A DNA stretch of 64,000 bases from Candidatus Freyarchaeum deiterrae (GTDB lineage Archaea; Asgardarchaeota; Jordiarchaeia; Jordiarchaeales; Jordiarchaeaceae), in assembly GCA_037305845.1 (NCBI GenBank), contig CP147778.1, positions 1,216,001 through 1,280,000 on the forward strand, given 5' to 3'. The notes beneath the pieces were generated by a model. The model had not been told where the DNA came from, did not search any database, and saw only the letters and a program-made list of their open reading frames with translations. Below are positions 11,353 through 21,032 of the stretch, in pieces (the first letter of the stretch is position 1; every line of letters begins with the position of its first letter). The position numbers and the translations under genes are program-made.

Positions 11353-11856
11353 ATGATAGTTTTAACCATAAAAATCCCGGAGCAAATATTAGAAGAATTG
11401 GATAAAAGAGTCAGCCGTGGTAAACGTTCCGCGTTTATAAAGGAGGCCATAATAGAAAAGCTGGAGAAAGTACCGGACGATAAAGAAAAAGGTTTGAAAA
11501 ACGAAATCGACCAACTCAGATCCAGAGTCATAAAAATTGAGAGAGTCATTAAAAAAGAAGAATCAATTAATGACACCGAATCAGAGGAAGAGGATCTAGA
11601 ACAACTTCTTAATAAATCATGCAACGATGAGACAGACAGACGAATAATAAGTAATCTCTTAGAATTAGGTGGCGCCACAACCAAGGAGTTAGAATCGGTA
11701 ACCGGCCTTAAGCGGCGGCAGATTCTCACCCGAATTAAAAGTATAGCGATTAGAACAGAAGAAAAATTTGGAAAAAAAATAATCCAGTTCAAAGGCTCCA
11801 TGAATAAAGGGAAAAAACAAGCCTGGTGGATTGAAACAGACCAAATTGTCGAGTAA
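11353..11856 (+). CDS. Putative DNA-binding protein (ribbon-helix-helix, coiled coil, winged HTH)
   Basis: LTIKIPEQILEELD...RSAFIKEAI is CopG/RHH-like; ATTKELESVTGLKRRQI is an HTH. Confidence 0.65.
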   Translation: MIVLTIKIPEQILEELDKRVSRGKRSAFIKEAIIEKLEKVPDDKEKGLKNEIDQLRSRVIKIERVIKKEESINDTESEEEDLEQLLNKSCNDETDRRIISNLLELGGATTKELESVTGLKRRQILTRIKSIAIRTEEKFGKKIIQFKGSMNKGKKQAWWIETDQIVE

Positions 11857-11915
11857 CCAAAATATCTAAAAATATAAAATCTAGTTCTTCACCTAATCAA
11901 ACTTGACCAAAACGC

Positions 11916-12043
11916 GGGCCTGTAGTCTAGTGGATAGGGCGCCGGCCTCCGGATAAACATAATGTTTAGAAGAAAGCCGGATATTCAGGGGTTCGAAGAA
12001 GTACTCCAATCGAAGTAATTCGAAAGTCCCTTCAGGCCCGCCA
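11916..12043 (+). tRNA. tRNA-Arg(CCG) with two introns (37/38: 11953-11974; 59/60: 11998-12026), encoded CCA
   Basis: Acceptor GGGCCTG/CAGGCCC, anticodon stem CCGGC/GCCGG with CCG at 11949-11951, T-loop TTCGAAT restored after removing BHB-type introns. Confidence 0.9.
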
Positions 12044-12144
12044 TTCAATTTCAAATTTAAAAAAATGGATAAAAGCATAATGGAATATCTTTTATTGTAT
12101 TGTATACACCGCAGTTTTGGTAAATAGAGTAAATCTGAAAGTGG

Positions 12145-14055
12145 TTGGTAGACTTTATGCTCACAGAAACGAGAGAAAAAATTATAGAGGCAATATACAG
12201 TGCCCTCGAATCACTGGGAATTGATAACGCAGTCTCAACAGAAGAGGTTAGTTTAAGTCTAGAACAGCCCCCAGATCCCAAACTAGGGAACCTTTCATCC
12301 TCGATAGCCTTTCGCGTTGCAAAGATCCTCAAGCGTAAACCGATAGAAACCGCCCAGCAGGTAGCAGAACAACTAAAAGTTCAGGAACTGCCCCTTGTCG
12401 AGAGAATAGAAGTTGCAAACCCGGGTTATATTAACTTTTACTTCGACGATTTAAAACTCGCAGAGATGACCATAAAAAAGGTTTTTACTGAGGGTCAGGC
12501 CTATGGGCAGATGAATCTGGGAAAGGGTGATAAAGTATTAGTTGAGCACACAGCGGTTAATCCAACTAAACCTTTACACATTGGTCACCTAAGGAACGCC
12601 GTCTTGGGTGATGTGGTAGCAAACCTGCATAGAAATGTTGGATGGAAAGTTGAGGTGGAGAATTTCATAGATGATTTGGGAAGACAGGTTGGAGTGCTAG
12701 TCTGGGCTTTTCTGAACAATATACACTTAGAGATGCCCAGGGAAAAGGATACCAAACTAGACTTTTGGTACGGATTAATATATGCCAGAGCTGCGCAGCT
12801 TCTTAAAGAAAAACCGGAATTGGAAAAAGATGTGGATGCAGTAATGAAGGAGATGGAAAAGGGGGGAAACGAAGTTGCGGATTTCAGCCGACATTTATCC
12901 GAGATGTGTGTTGAGTCAAATCTTGAGACAACAACCAGAGCAAATATCCCATACAACCTACTGGTTTGGGAAAGTGATATTGCGCGGTCTAAAATATGGG
13001 CGGAGACTCTCAAAAAACTGGAAAAATCTGAAAACTTCGTCTGGGAAACAGAGGGTGAGTATAAAGGTTGCTTTATAGCGAAATTCGGTAGATTGGAAGA
13101 GTTCCAGGACAAGAAAAATCCAGACAAGGTAATAATACGCTCTAACCAGGTACCCACCTATATAGCACACGACATAGCCTACCAGTTATGGAAATTTGGG
13201 AAGCTCAGCACTAAAATGAAATACCGTCCGTGGAACACTCAGTTCAACCAACAGGTATTATGGACTACATCTCCCACATTAAGCAACCCCAACGATGAAT
13301 TTGCTAATGCGAAAAAGGTAATAAACGTGATAGGATACGAGCAGGAATACTTACAGCAAGGTCTTAAAGCAATCATTAAACTTCTCGGTTATGATGAGGA
13401 AGAGAAAAACTCAATCCACCTCTCCTATAAACATGTCAAACTTGCAGAGGAAAGATTCAGCGGACGAGAGGGAAATTGGGTGGGATATCATGCAGATGCA
13501 GTAATCAATCAGACCTCCATCCGAGCATACACACAAATAAGCAAAAACCTGCCAGATATTTCCGAACTCGAAAAGAGAGAACTAGCGGATATAATAGCCA
13601 TAGGGGCAGTAAGATTCTGGCTTATAAAGTTCAGCACCGAGCAAACCATAGTATTCGATTTTGACAAAGTAACAAACTTCGACGGAGAAACCGGACCCTA
13701 CATACAATACGCAGGAGTCAGGGCCAGAAGTATACTAGAAAAGGCTGGTATAAAACCAAAACCAAAAATAAAACCAGAAAAACTAAGCGATGAGAGAGAA
13801 AAAGCCCTAATACAGCACATAGCACAGTTTCCCGAAATAATAAAAGCAGCAGCCGAGCAACTCAAACCCCACCTACTAGCAGAATACACTTACCAACTTG
13901 CCCTAAAATTCAGCAAATTCTACGAATCCCAACCCGTCCTCACAGCGGAAGACGAAGAAACAAAAAACGCCAGACTCACACTAGTCTACATAACAAAACA
14001 AACCATAGACAACGCACTAAGCATATTAGGAATACAAGTACCAGTAAAAATGTAG
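12145..14055 (+). CDS. argS: Arginyl-tRNA synthetase
   Basis: EHTAVNPTKPLHIGHLRN (HIGH), FSGREG, GETGPYIQYA and DALR-type C-terminal domain. Confidence 0.96.
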   Translation: MVDFMLTETREKIIEAIYSALESLGIDNAVSTEEVSLSLEQPPDPKLGNLSSSIAFRVAKILKRKPIETAQQVAEQLKVQELPLVERIEVANPGYINFYFDDLKLAEMTIKKVFTEGQAYGQMNLGKGDKVLVEHTAVNPTKPLHIGHLRNAVLGDVVANLHRNVGWKVEVENFIDDLGRQVGVLVWAFLNNIHLEMPREKDTKLDFWYGLIYARAAQLLKEKPELEKDVDAVMKEMEKGGNEVADFSRHLSEMCVESNLETTTRANIPYNLLVWESDIARSKIWAETLKKLEKSENFVWETEGEYKGCFIAKFGRLEEFQDKKNPDKVIIRSNQVPTYIAHDIAYQLWKFGKLSTKMKYRPWNTQFNQQVLWTTSPTLSNPNDEFANAKKVINVIGYEQEYLQQGLKAIIKLLGYDEEEKNSIHLSYKHVKLAEERFSGREGNWVGYHADAVINQTSIRAYTQISKNLPDISELEKRELADIIAIGAVRFWLIKFSTEQTIVFDFDKVTNFDGETGPYIQYAGVRARSILEKAGIKPKPKIKPEKLSDEREKALIQHIAQFPEIIKAAAEQLKPHLLAEYTYQLALKFSKFYESQPVLTAEDEETKNARLTLVYITKQTIDNALSILGIQVPVKM

Positions 14056-14065
14056 AAAAGGTGTT

Positions 14066-14205
14066 TGGCGGGCTCAGCGGGATTTGAATTCGTGAATCCA
14101 CCTCAAGGATGGATTTCCCACGATCACAGGCTCCGCAGGCATACGCACCAATCAAATATGGTTCTGCGCCCTTTCAGGAGCCTATCCTGACTAGGCCATG
14201 AGCCC
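14066..14205 (-). tRNA. tRNA-Arg(GCG) with three introns (D-loop 14173-14183; 29/30 14141-14163; 53/54 14089-14116), encoded CCA
   Basis: Reverse complement gives acceptor GGGCTCA/TGAGCCC, anticodon stem CAGGC/GCCTG with GCG, T arm GTGGG-TTCAAAT-CCCGC after removing three BHB/BHL inserts; mature length 78 nt. Confidence 0.88.
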
Positions 14206-14404
14206 GCAAAGTGCTACTCGTATTAGGCATTTAACAGAATAAAAATTTTATGTAGTCGAACATTTTCATGATTAGTGGTGGATTGATGGCCCTTTTTCTT
14301 CTGAGATTATAATTTTTCCAAATAAGCTGGGTTTTTAAGAAGACTTGGGAAAATTACTGTGAACCTACTCAAATTATCGAAGACTATATTGTGGAAGAGA
14401 GATT

Positions 14405-14917
14405 ATGCAACGTAGTCAGCTCGTGGAAAAATTACTGGAAGATGTAGAGAGGAATAAGGGTAACTGGAATTCTAAGGGAGTAGCAATACTAGACCTGAAT
14501 AGTTCCGTTATTGGTTTTAAGGGTGATGTCCCAAAGGATTACATTGAATACTACCTCAAGTTTCCCATCTCGGAGATGCATGAGGGAGACACCATACACA
14601 ACCGGAACAGTTTCCTCATGAGAGTCTCGGAAAAAACGGCAGTGCTGGTAGTTCTTAGCGAAGAGCATTTTGCTAGACTAGCGGCAATAAATCTGCGGGG
14701 CAGAATATCAGCTCTCCATGACTTCTATCTGCTGGATTTGGATGGTGAAGATGGAGAGAGAATACTCAAAGGTAAAATCATCGAGGGAGAGACTTCAATT
14801 CTTGATGATGTGTTAGAAAAAATAAAATGCGGCGAAACAGCAGCAGATATAGCAATAAACGACTGGATGAATAACTTCATAAGCAAAATCAAAAACACCA
14901 CCCAAATTAGAATATAA
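14405..14917 (+). CDS. Roadblock/profilin-like domain protein with C-terminal extension
   Basis: GVAILDLNSSVIG hairpin and FLMRVSEKTAVLVVL, similar to the 4791-5180 protein. Confidence 0.5.
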   Translation: MQRSQLVEKLLEDVERNKGNWNSKGVAILDLNSSVIGFKGDVPKDYIEYYLKFPISEMHEGDTIHNRNSFLMRVSEKTAVLVVLSEEHFARLAAINLRGRISALHDFYLLDLDGEDGERILKGKIIEGETSILDDVLEKIKCGETAADIAINDWMNNFISKIKNTTQIRI

Positions 14918-15102
14918 AAGGCACCCCGTAAGCCATTAGATCATGTTAGTATAGCTTCTCGGTATTTTTTATTCTGGTTTAAACTCTGAATTTGGCTTCG
15001 AAAATATTTTTTATTAACTTAAATATAAGAATACAGGACTAGATTCAACGAGCCTTGAATTCGTTCTGGCTCGAAAACAGAGCCTTTTTAAAGGGTGGTT
15101 TT

Positions 15103-16167
15103 ATGAAGTTAGGGTTGATTTCCCATAAGGCTTTCGAAGAGTTACATAATCCTGAGTTGACTAGACCATGGATGGAAGCATTTGAGAACCCGAATCGAAT
15201 AAAGCTTACGCGTGAATATTTGCATAATTCCGGTCTGCTGGATAACCCGAATTTGAAAAGTTTTGAATGCAAACCCGCTACTAGAGAGGATATCATACGT
15301 GTACATAATCCCTACCTTTTTGATGTAGTTAATGAACTATCCAGCCTAGGCAGTGGAGAAGTGGGTTCTTCAAGCGTCGTAGTTAAGGATACGTTTAGAG
15401 CTGCTTGCTTATCGGCTGGCGGCGCCATATCAACAGTTGATGAGGTTAACAAAGGCAGTGTAGAGACAGCCTTCGCTCTCATCCGCCCACCTGGACACCA
15501 CGCGGGAATAGGGCACTCGGAGGGAATGTGTTACTTCAACAACTGCGCCATAGCTGTAAGATGGTTGCAAGAGAAGAAAAAAGTGAAACGTGTTCTCATT
15601 CTAGACTTAGACGCACATGCCTGCGACGGAACCACCCAGATATTCTACACCGACCCCACGGTTTTTTGCTTATCTTTTCATGAATATGGTATGGAGGCAA
15701 TAGAGAGGGGATGGTTAGAGGAAGTAGGAAGTGGGGAAGGCGAGGGATACAACATTAATGTGCCACTACCATTTGGAACTTGGGGAAATGCTTATCGATG
15801 GGCTTTCGAGCAAATTTTTCCCGAGATACTCCGAGACTTCAAACCCGAAATGCTTGTAGTTTCCTTCGGCTTTGACACACACTACAGCGACCCTGTAGGA
15901 AACATGAATCTACAGGCTGAAGATTACGCTCAACTAACCCGGATAATTCTCCAGTTGGGAAAAGAGGTCTGCGGAGGAAAAACAGCCTTCATACTGGAAG
16001 GAGGATATAGCCTCTTAGCCCTACCCCTAAGCATCGGAGCAGTCATATCAACGATACTGGATACAGAAATAAAATATTTTGACAAAATCCCTGAACCGGA
16101 AAAAATCCCTAAAATAGTTAGAGACGTTACTGAGGAAATCCAAAACATAAGAAAGCAATACCTCTAA
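15103..16167 (+). CDS. Zn-dependent histone deacetylase family (class I/II-like) deacetylase
   Basis: ENPNRI, RPPGHHA, GMCYFNN, DLDAHACDGT, NINVPL, GFDTHYSDP, LEGGY. Confidence 0.92.
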   Translation: MKLGLISHKAFEELHNPELTRPWMEAFENPNRIKLTREYLHNSGLLDNPNLKSFECKPATREDIIRVHNPYLFDVVNELSSLGSGEVGSSSVVVKDTFRAACLSAGGAISTVDEVNKGSVETAFALIRPPGHHAGIGHSEGMCYFNNCAIAVRWLQEKKKVKRVLILDLDAHACDGTTQIFYTDPTVFCLSFHEYGMEAIERGWLEEVGSGEGEGYNINVPLPFGTWGNAYRWAFEQIFPEILRDFKPEMLVVSFGFDTHYSDPVGNMNLQAEDYAQLTRIILQLGKEVCGGKTAFILEGGYSLLALPLSIGAVISTILDTEIKYFDKIPEPEKIPKIVRDVTEEIQNIRKQYL

Positions 16168-16487
16168 AAACGTTCTGTCGGTGCCCTCGCTTTATAGTAA
16201 GTTTTTGTTTGGCTAAGCTAAGTGCCCAATGTGTTAACAGAAATTCCCTTCCGGTCTAACTGAAGATTTTGTATTCTTTGTAAATAATGGAGCTGTAAGA
16301 AATATGGAAGTATACCTCTGAAATAAATTTAGCTGTGTGGACAATTTAGAGGTCGTTGCACTAATTAAACATGCACTCGGTGGGTGGGAGCGTTATAGTC
16401 TCATATGCAGGTGATTAAATGTTATACACATTCTAAACAGTTATGAAAATGACTATTGCCATAGAAAGGAGAGGAAGGCTGGGGGTT

Positions 16488-17171
16488 TTAAGGTTTGACA
16501 CTGCCCTGTTTGACTTGTAGCTTTTGGTCACGTATTCGCTGATAATGTGGTGTGATAAACAGAAAGTTAATTGAACCGGTAATACCAAAAAACATTAAGA
16601 GTGCTACCATCAGACCGGGGTCCTGGCGTATTATATAGAATCCTGAAAGCAACATGAGTAGTATTAGCACACAGTATATCGCGTCCAAGGTCATCATAGA
16701 GATGACTGTTCTTTTTCCCTCTTTTGTACTCCATATCAGAGATTTGAATCCTTTCACTGCTTCTCCCAGATTTTCGTAGCCGTTAACTCTGCTCAGAGGT
16801 GTAAAAAGCCTAATGGGTGTGAGCAGAAAACACACCGTGAGGGGCACCAGCAGAAGCAACTCCAACGTTAACATGAAGCCGGGATTCGTAGAAACTACTA
16901 ACCATCCTTCCCAAATCAGACCAAGAGTAGTGTAGTCTATTGAAAGCAACAAGCCAATAGTTAGAGGTCCTAGACTCAAGAGATGGGACCAGCCCGCGGG
17001 AAAAAGATAGAGCAAGCCTACGAGTAGTTTCACTCGGCTGAAAAAGAAAATATACATTAAGACAAAAAAACTGGTTACCGAAACTAGTAGAAGGACTATC
17101 AAAATTTTTTTAAATACACCACCCAGAGTTTTTGTTCTCATTTTTATCTCATCCAAACATTTATTTATCAT
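16488..17171 (-). CDS. Multi-pass membrane protein, paralog of 17847-18407 (candidate immunity protein B)
   Basis: Several TM segments; LLLVP and P.S...GYE..G...KRT motifs shared with 17847-18407. Confidence 0.7.
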   Translation of the reverse strand: MINKCLDEIKMRTKTLGGVFKKILIVLLLVSVTSFFVLMYIFFFSRVKLLVGLLYLFPAGWSHLLSLGPLTIGLLLSIDYTTLGLIWEGWLVVSTNPGFMLTLELLLLVPLTVCFLLTPIRLFTPLSRVNGYENLGEAVKGFKSLIWSTKEGKRTVISMMTLDAIYCVLILLMLLSGFYIIRQDPGLMVALLMFFGITGSINFLFITPHYQRIRDQKLQVKQGSVKP

Positions 17172-17295
17172 TTAACCCTCCAAAAAAGGGAGGGAAGACC
17201 TAAACGCTCCCAATGAGGATTAGGCCTATCTGGAAAAGCGTTTTAGTTTTAAAGGGCGAATACTCATATTTCAACGTTCTTGAGAGTTACGTGGG

Positions 17296-17667
17296 TTAAG
17301 GCGGCGGCGAATTTGTAGGGAAGGGCCCTACCCAAACCCAAGTATCGAAGCCAATAGTGTTACCCCAGACAGTAACGAGATTAGTGTACTCATTCCACAA
17401 TTGACTATAATTATCAACGTTTACGGAATAAGGCCAAGGTAATTTATAGTACCAGTTATCTACGCGAATATAGTAGGGAGTGACATACGGTTGCGTATCA
17501 TAGTACGATGGGTAGGCATTCATCGGAGGAGTGAGTGGGTCGTGGAAATACTCAACTTCCCTGAAACCGAAATTTGGATCACGGGCCCAATTATAGGCTT
17601 CGGTAATAACAAAACTGTCCCAAGCAGCGGCCATAAAAGTATTAGCGACAACATAAACAAGATTCCA
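17296..17667 (-). pseudogene. Orphan C-terminal fragment homologous to the C-terminus of 18606-19970
   Basis: AYNWARD, YFHDPLTPP, PYYIRVD, YTNLVT, GFDTWVWVG and SPPP align with the 454-aa protein; the frame is open 11 codons upstream of ATG 17634 to a TAA at 17668-17670. Confidence 0.7.
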
Positions 17668-17846
17668 TTAGATAACACCTTTTTGATAGTCATTCCAAAA
17701 GTTGTTGGGTATGAGTTCCCAGCGATGACGAGAATGTTAGTTTTTTATTGCTGTGAATGCCTTCATTGTAATAGGTTCCTTAGTGTAGAATCTGAAGCTT
17801 TAGGAACATCTCTAGCGCGCCAAGAGTATAATAACCCGTTTTCCGT

Positions 17847-18407
17847 CTATTGAATTGTTTTACGAATCTTTTGTAGTCGCATCCACGCAATAGTTAAACC
17901 CAATACACCGTCTATAAATAGTTCTAAAATAATTAGAGGGAAATTAAGTATTGTTTTGGAACTTGCAACAAAGGGAACCACCGCTACCGCGTAGAAGACT
18001 ATAATGATTAGAATCCCACTAATAATTAATGTTCTTTGCTTGCCTGTATTCTTAGTGATCATGAACCGAATTTTGTTCATCACATCACCGAATTTTTCAT
18101 AACCAGCGATTCCGCTAAAAGGTGAGATGAAAACATAGATGAGTCCTGTGACGAGAATTGCTAGCGTATAGGGAACTAGGAAAAGCAAATCTAAAATGAA
18201 CTTCGTGGTAAAATTCGTTACATATAAGGGTTGCTCAAAAAACACCACGCCGAGAAGATTAACCTTTATTATGGTTATGGGAAACACAAATACTGTGACA
18301 CTAAGCCCGTTAATCAGATACCACTGATAAACAAGAAAAGTAAGACTCACTGCCAAAAGTATGACAGTCAGTACTCCTATTATTTTAGCTAATACTTCCG
18401 TCTTCAT
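17847..18407 (-). CDS. Multi-pass membrane protein (candidate immunity protein A)
   Basis: 4-5 TM segments, GGAGG RBS, next gene downstream of the 454-aa protein; paralog of 16488-17171. Confidence 0.7.
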   Translation of the reverse strand: MKTEVLAKIIGVLTVILLAVSLTFLVYQWYLINGLSVTVFVFPITIIKVNLLGVVFFEQPLYVTNFTTKFILDLLFLVPYTLAILVTGLIYVFISPFSGIAGYEKFGDVMNKIRFMITKNTGKQRTLIISGILIIIVFYAVAVVPFVASSKTILNFPLIILELFIDGVLGLTIAWMRLQKIRKTIQ

Positions 18408-18605
18408 GGAATACCTCCAAAAAACTTTTGAAACAAATTAACATAAGAAAAATTTCGTTAATTCAAGTTATTAAATCACCTATCCATAATAGTTTTTTAC
18501 TATGAAAAAGGGGGAAATGAAAGGATTTAAGATTTCATTAATTGGTGCAATTCATTTTTAGGCTTTTGATGTACCTATGCAAAACTGCCATCAAGATACT
18601 TTGCA

Positions 18606-19970
18606 TTATGATGGGGGTGGTGAAGGTGCGGAACCCGTACCAAGCCATACCCAGTTACCGAAGCCATATAAACTACCAAAAGCGGTAACCAAATTTATGT
18701 AACTGTAATATATCGGCTCTCCAATTAGGAAATAGGCATCTCCAAGCGTCTTGGGCCAAAAAGCTCCGTCTACGCTGACGAGATAAGGCACTATTTTATT
18801 CCATTCATCATAGCAAGGTGGATTAGCTGTCTTTGGAGGGAGCATTGGGTTATGCCAATAGTCGCACTCCATCCAACCCCAGTCCCAGTCTCTAGCTTCA
18901 TTGTACGCCAGCACTTCCTTATACCTATCAAGTGTATACGCCTGTGCATAATGCCCAATAATACCCACTACAGCAAGTGCGAGCCCTACAGCACTAAGAA
19001 CAGTGGCTGCTGCTGATGTCACAGTACCAGCAACTGCCGCACCAACACCATATAAACCACCAGCGAAGCTAGCTATTGTACTTGCCCAGGTGAAAGCGTC
19101 CATGCTAGCGAGAGGTAGGTTTAGATATACATTTGCTAAATAAGCAGAAGCCTCCAATCCAGGTGTAAAAAATATGCACATGTACCAGTCGTATCCGTAG
19201 AGTACCACTGTAGGCCACCATCCAATGTAATAGGGCCACCAAAATACCCACACATAGCAAGGCCAGAGCAGTTGCGCCTGGTTGATGCGGAAGTAGGGGT
19301 CCATAATTACTGTTCCATCATCCGTAGTTACTGTTATTTTGGTTACGTTTTGTGTGGTTCCGTTTATTGTTAGTGAGTATTCTCTAGTCACAATGTAATA
19401 GGTTGTTCCATTAATGGTTTTAGTTTCGTTCAATTCGCTTGTTATTTTACCCTGCTGCACGATGTAGTTTACTTGTTGAAGTGATTGTATAGATTCATTC
19501 ACTATTTCGGGTGTTCGAAGCTCGTTTTCTCTGGAGAGCATTTGATCATACTGTGCGAAGCGTTCTGCGCAGTCCAGTCTTTCGGACAGGAACTGGAAGA
19601 ACAGCGCTCTGACTGATTCATTGTTTGGTGGTGATGTGAATGGTTTGAGTTCTCCGCTTTCTATTTTCTGCATCTGCCAATTCATGAAAGCATTGTTTAC
19701 AGCATCTTCAATGCTATGTTTCGCAACTTTGATTTGGTCCAGTGTTAATGCTTCTATGTCCAAGTTGGTAGAGAAATTCAGACTGTTGGAGATGTTTAGG
19801 TTTGAGCTTTTCGTTTGCTGTTCAAAATTTAGGGCATATAGTCCAAGAGGGGAGTAATTGTTATTCGCAAGTGCGCCGGCTCCAAACATCAGATAACCTG
19901 TTCCCAAGCTGATACTAAGCACTATGAAAACACTAGCCGCAAATATCCTTAACTTTGCTTTCATTCTCAT
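18606..19970 (-). CDS. Exported protein with Gly/Ala-rich hydrophobic hairpin and Trp/Tyr-rich C-terminal domain (candidate toxin precursor)
   Basis: Basic plus hydrophobic N-terminal signal/TM, Thr/Asn-rich middle, segment FAGGLYGVGAAVAGTVTSAAATVLSAVGLALAVVGIIG; function inferred. Confidence 0.65.
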   Translation of the reverse strand: MRMKAKLRIFAASVFIVLSISLGTGYLMFGAGALANNNYSPLGLYALNFEQQTKSSNLNISNSLNFSTNLDIEALTLDQIKVAKHSIEDAVNNAFMNWQMQKIESGELKPFTSPPNNESVRALFFQFLSERLDCAERFAQYDQMLSRENELRTPEIVNESIQSLQQVNYIVQQGKITSELNETKTINGTTYYIVTREYSLTINGTTQNVTKITVTTDDGTVIMDPYFRINQAQLLWPCYVWVFWWPYYIGWWPTVVLYGYDWYMCIFFTPGLEASAYLANVYLNLPLASMDAFTWASTIASFAGGLYGVGAAVAGTVTSAAATVLSAVGLALAVVGIIGHYAQAYTLDRYKEVLAYNEARDWDWGWMECDYWHNPMLPPKTANPPCYDEWNKIVPYLVSVDGAFWPKTLGDAYFLIGEPIYYSYINLVTAFGSLYGFGNWVWLGTGSAPSPPPS

Positions 19971-20369
19971 CCTCCCAAATTTTTTAACATTTATTTTGGA
20001 AAAACTTGTATATATATATCGGAAATTCAGAAAGTATAACGGCGTTATTGAATTTAGTTTCTTGTTTCGGCGATTATTTTAATTTGGCAAAGGTCTTACA
20101 ATGTAAGTGAAAAGCTAAGATTTTCGTGCTGCTAGAAAAAGGTACGACTGCAAAATTTGTAAAAGAAAAAACATCAAATAGTACCATTTTTTCATTCTCT
20201 TTGGCACTCTGGTCACATATAGTCAGTATTGGAGCCGAAGAAAACCGCAAGAGTCAACTCAGTTCAACAAGTACACCGCAAATCATAAGCAAACCACCAA
20301 ACAAAAAATCACAAACAAAACGAGTATTATACTAGAACATTCTGGAAAGAAGGCTTAAAAGTTTAGAGA

Positions 20370-20759
20370 TCATGTGAGATTTTTAATCCTCTTTATGATT
20401 TTTTGAGTAACACGCCGCGAATTTTCCAACAACGTTTCAATCTCCATTTTCGAGGCATTTTCCGTATGAACACCCGCGGTCACTGTAACTACCCTATTAG
20501 TTTCCCTAGCTATACTATCCGCAGCCTCACGGGCCACAATATCGTCCTTATGGCTGAGTAGAGTAATCACGGAAGAAGTGGAAGATATAACACCCGGCTT
20601 ATCTCTGCTCGGACGGGGTTCCGCCACAGCCAAGGCACCCACATGCGATTTCTCTCCCCCACCAATTCCAACTACCAAATCATCTCCAATGAGAAAGAAA
20701 AACGCCCAGACACGACTTCTACCTTTTCCTTCCTCCTCATAAAAAACCCTAGACAACAT
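20370..20759 (-). CDS. LpdD / proteasome-assembly-chaperone-like family protein
   Basis: GDDLVVGIGGGEKSHVGA, SVITLLSHKDD and VTAGVH match the LpdD-like family. Confidence 0.65.
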   Translation of the reverse strand: MLSRVFYEEEGKGRSRVWAFFFLIGDDLVVGIGGGEKSHVGALAVAEPRPSRDKPGVISSTSSVITLLSHKDDIVAREAADSIARETNRVVTVTAGVHTENASKMEIETLLENSRRVTQKIIKRIKNLT

Positions 20760-20786
20760 AACGTTACCTCTAAAAAATGTATTTTT

Positions 20787-21032
20787 TTAGCTTTCTTCTT
20801 CAACAAAGATACTCATTTCAGGGCAGTATAATTCGCATTGACGGCATGCCTTGCAGCGCTTAATATTAACCGGTATTGGGGTATAGTAACCTTGCTCGTT
20901 TGGTGTTTTGGATTTTTCCAGTACGTTCTGCGGACAAAATTTGATGCATAGCTCGCAACCTTTACAGAGCTTTGGGTCAATGTGGATTGCTTTTACTCTT
21001 TTTTTAGGCTCCTGATTTTCTTTTTCTTCCAA
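20787..21032 (-). CDS. 2x[4Fe-4S] ferredoxin (2-oxoacid oxidoreductase delta-subunit-like)
   Basis: CKGCELCIKFCP, NEQGYY, CKACRQCELYCP. Confidence 0.9.
   Translation of the reverse strand: MEEKENQEPKKRVKAIHIDPKLCKGCELCIKFCPQNVLEKSKTPNEQGYYTPIPVNIKRCKACRQCELYCPEMSIFVEEES

Noticed and set aside
11893-12078. 61-aa minus-strand ORF
   Set aside because: Antisense to the intron-containing tRNA-Arg(CCG)
17491-17853. 120-aa plus-strand ORF in the toxin-like cassette
   Set aside because: Overlaps the minus-strand orphan fragment, which has clear paralogy; no features of its own
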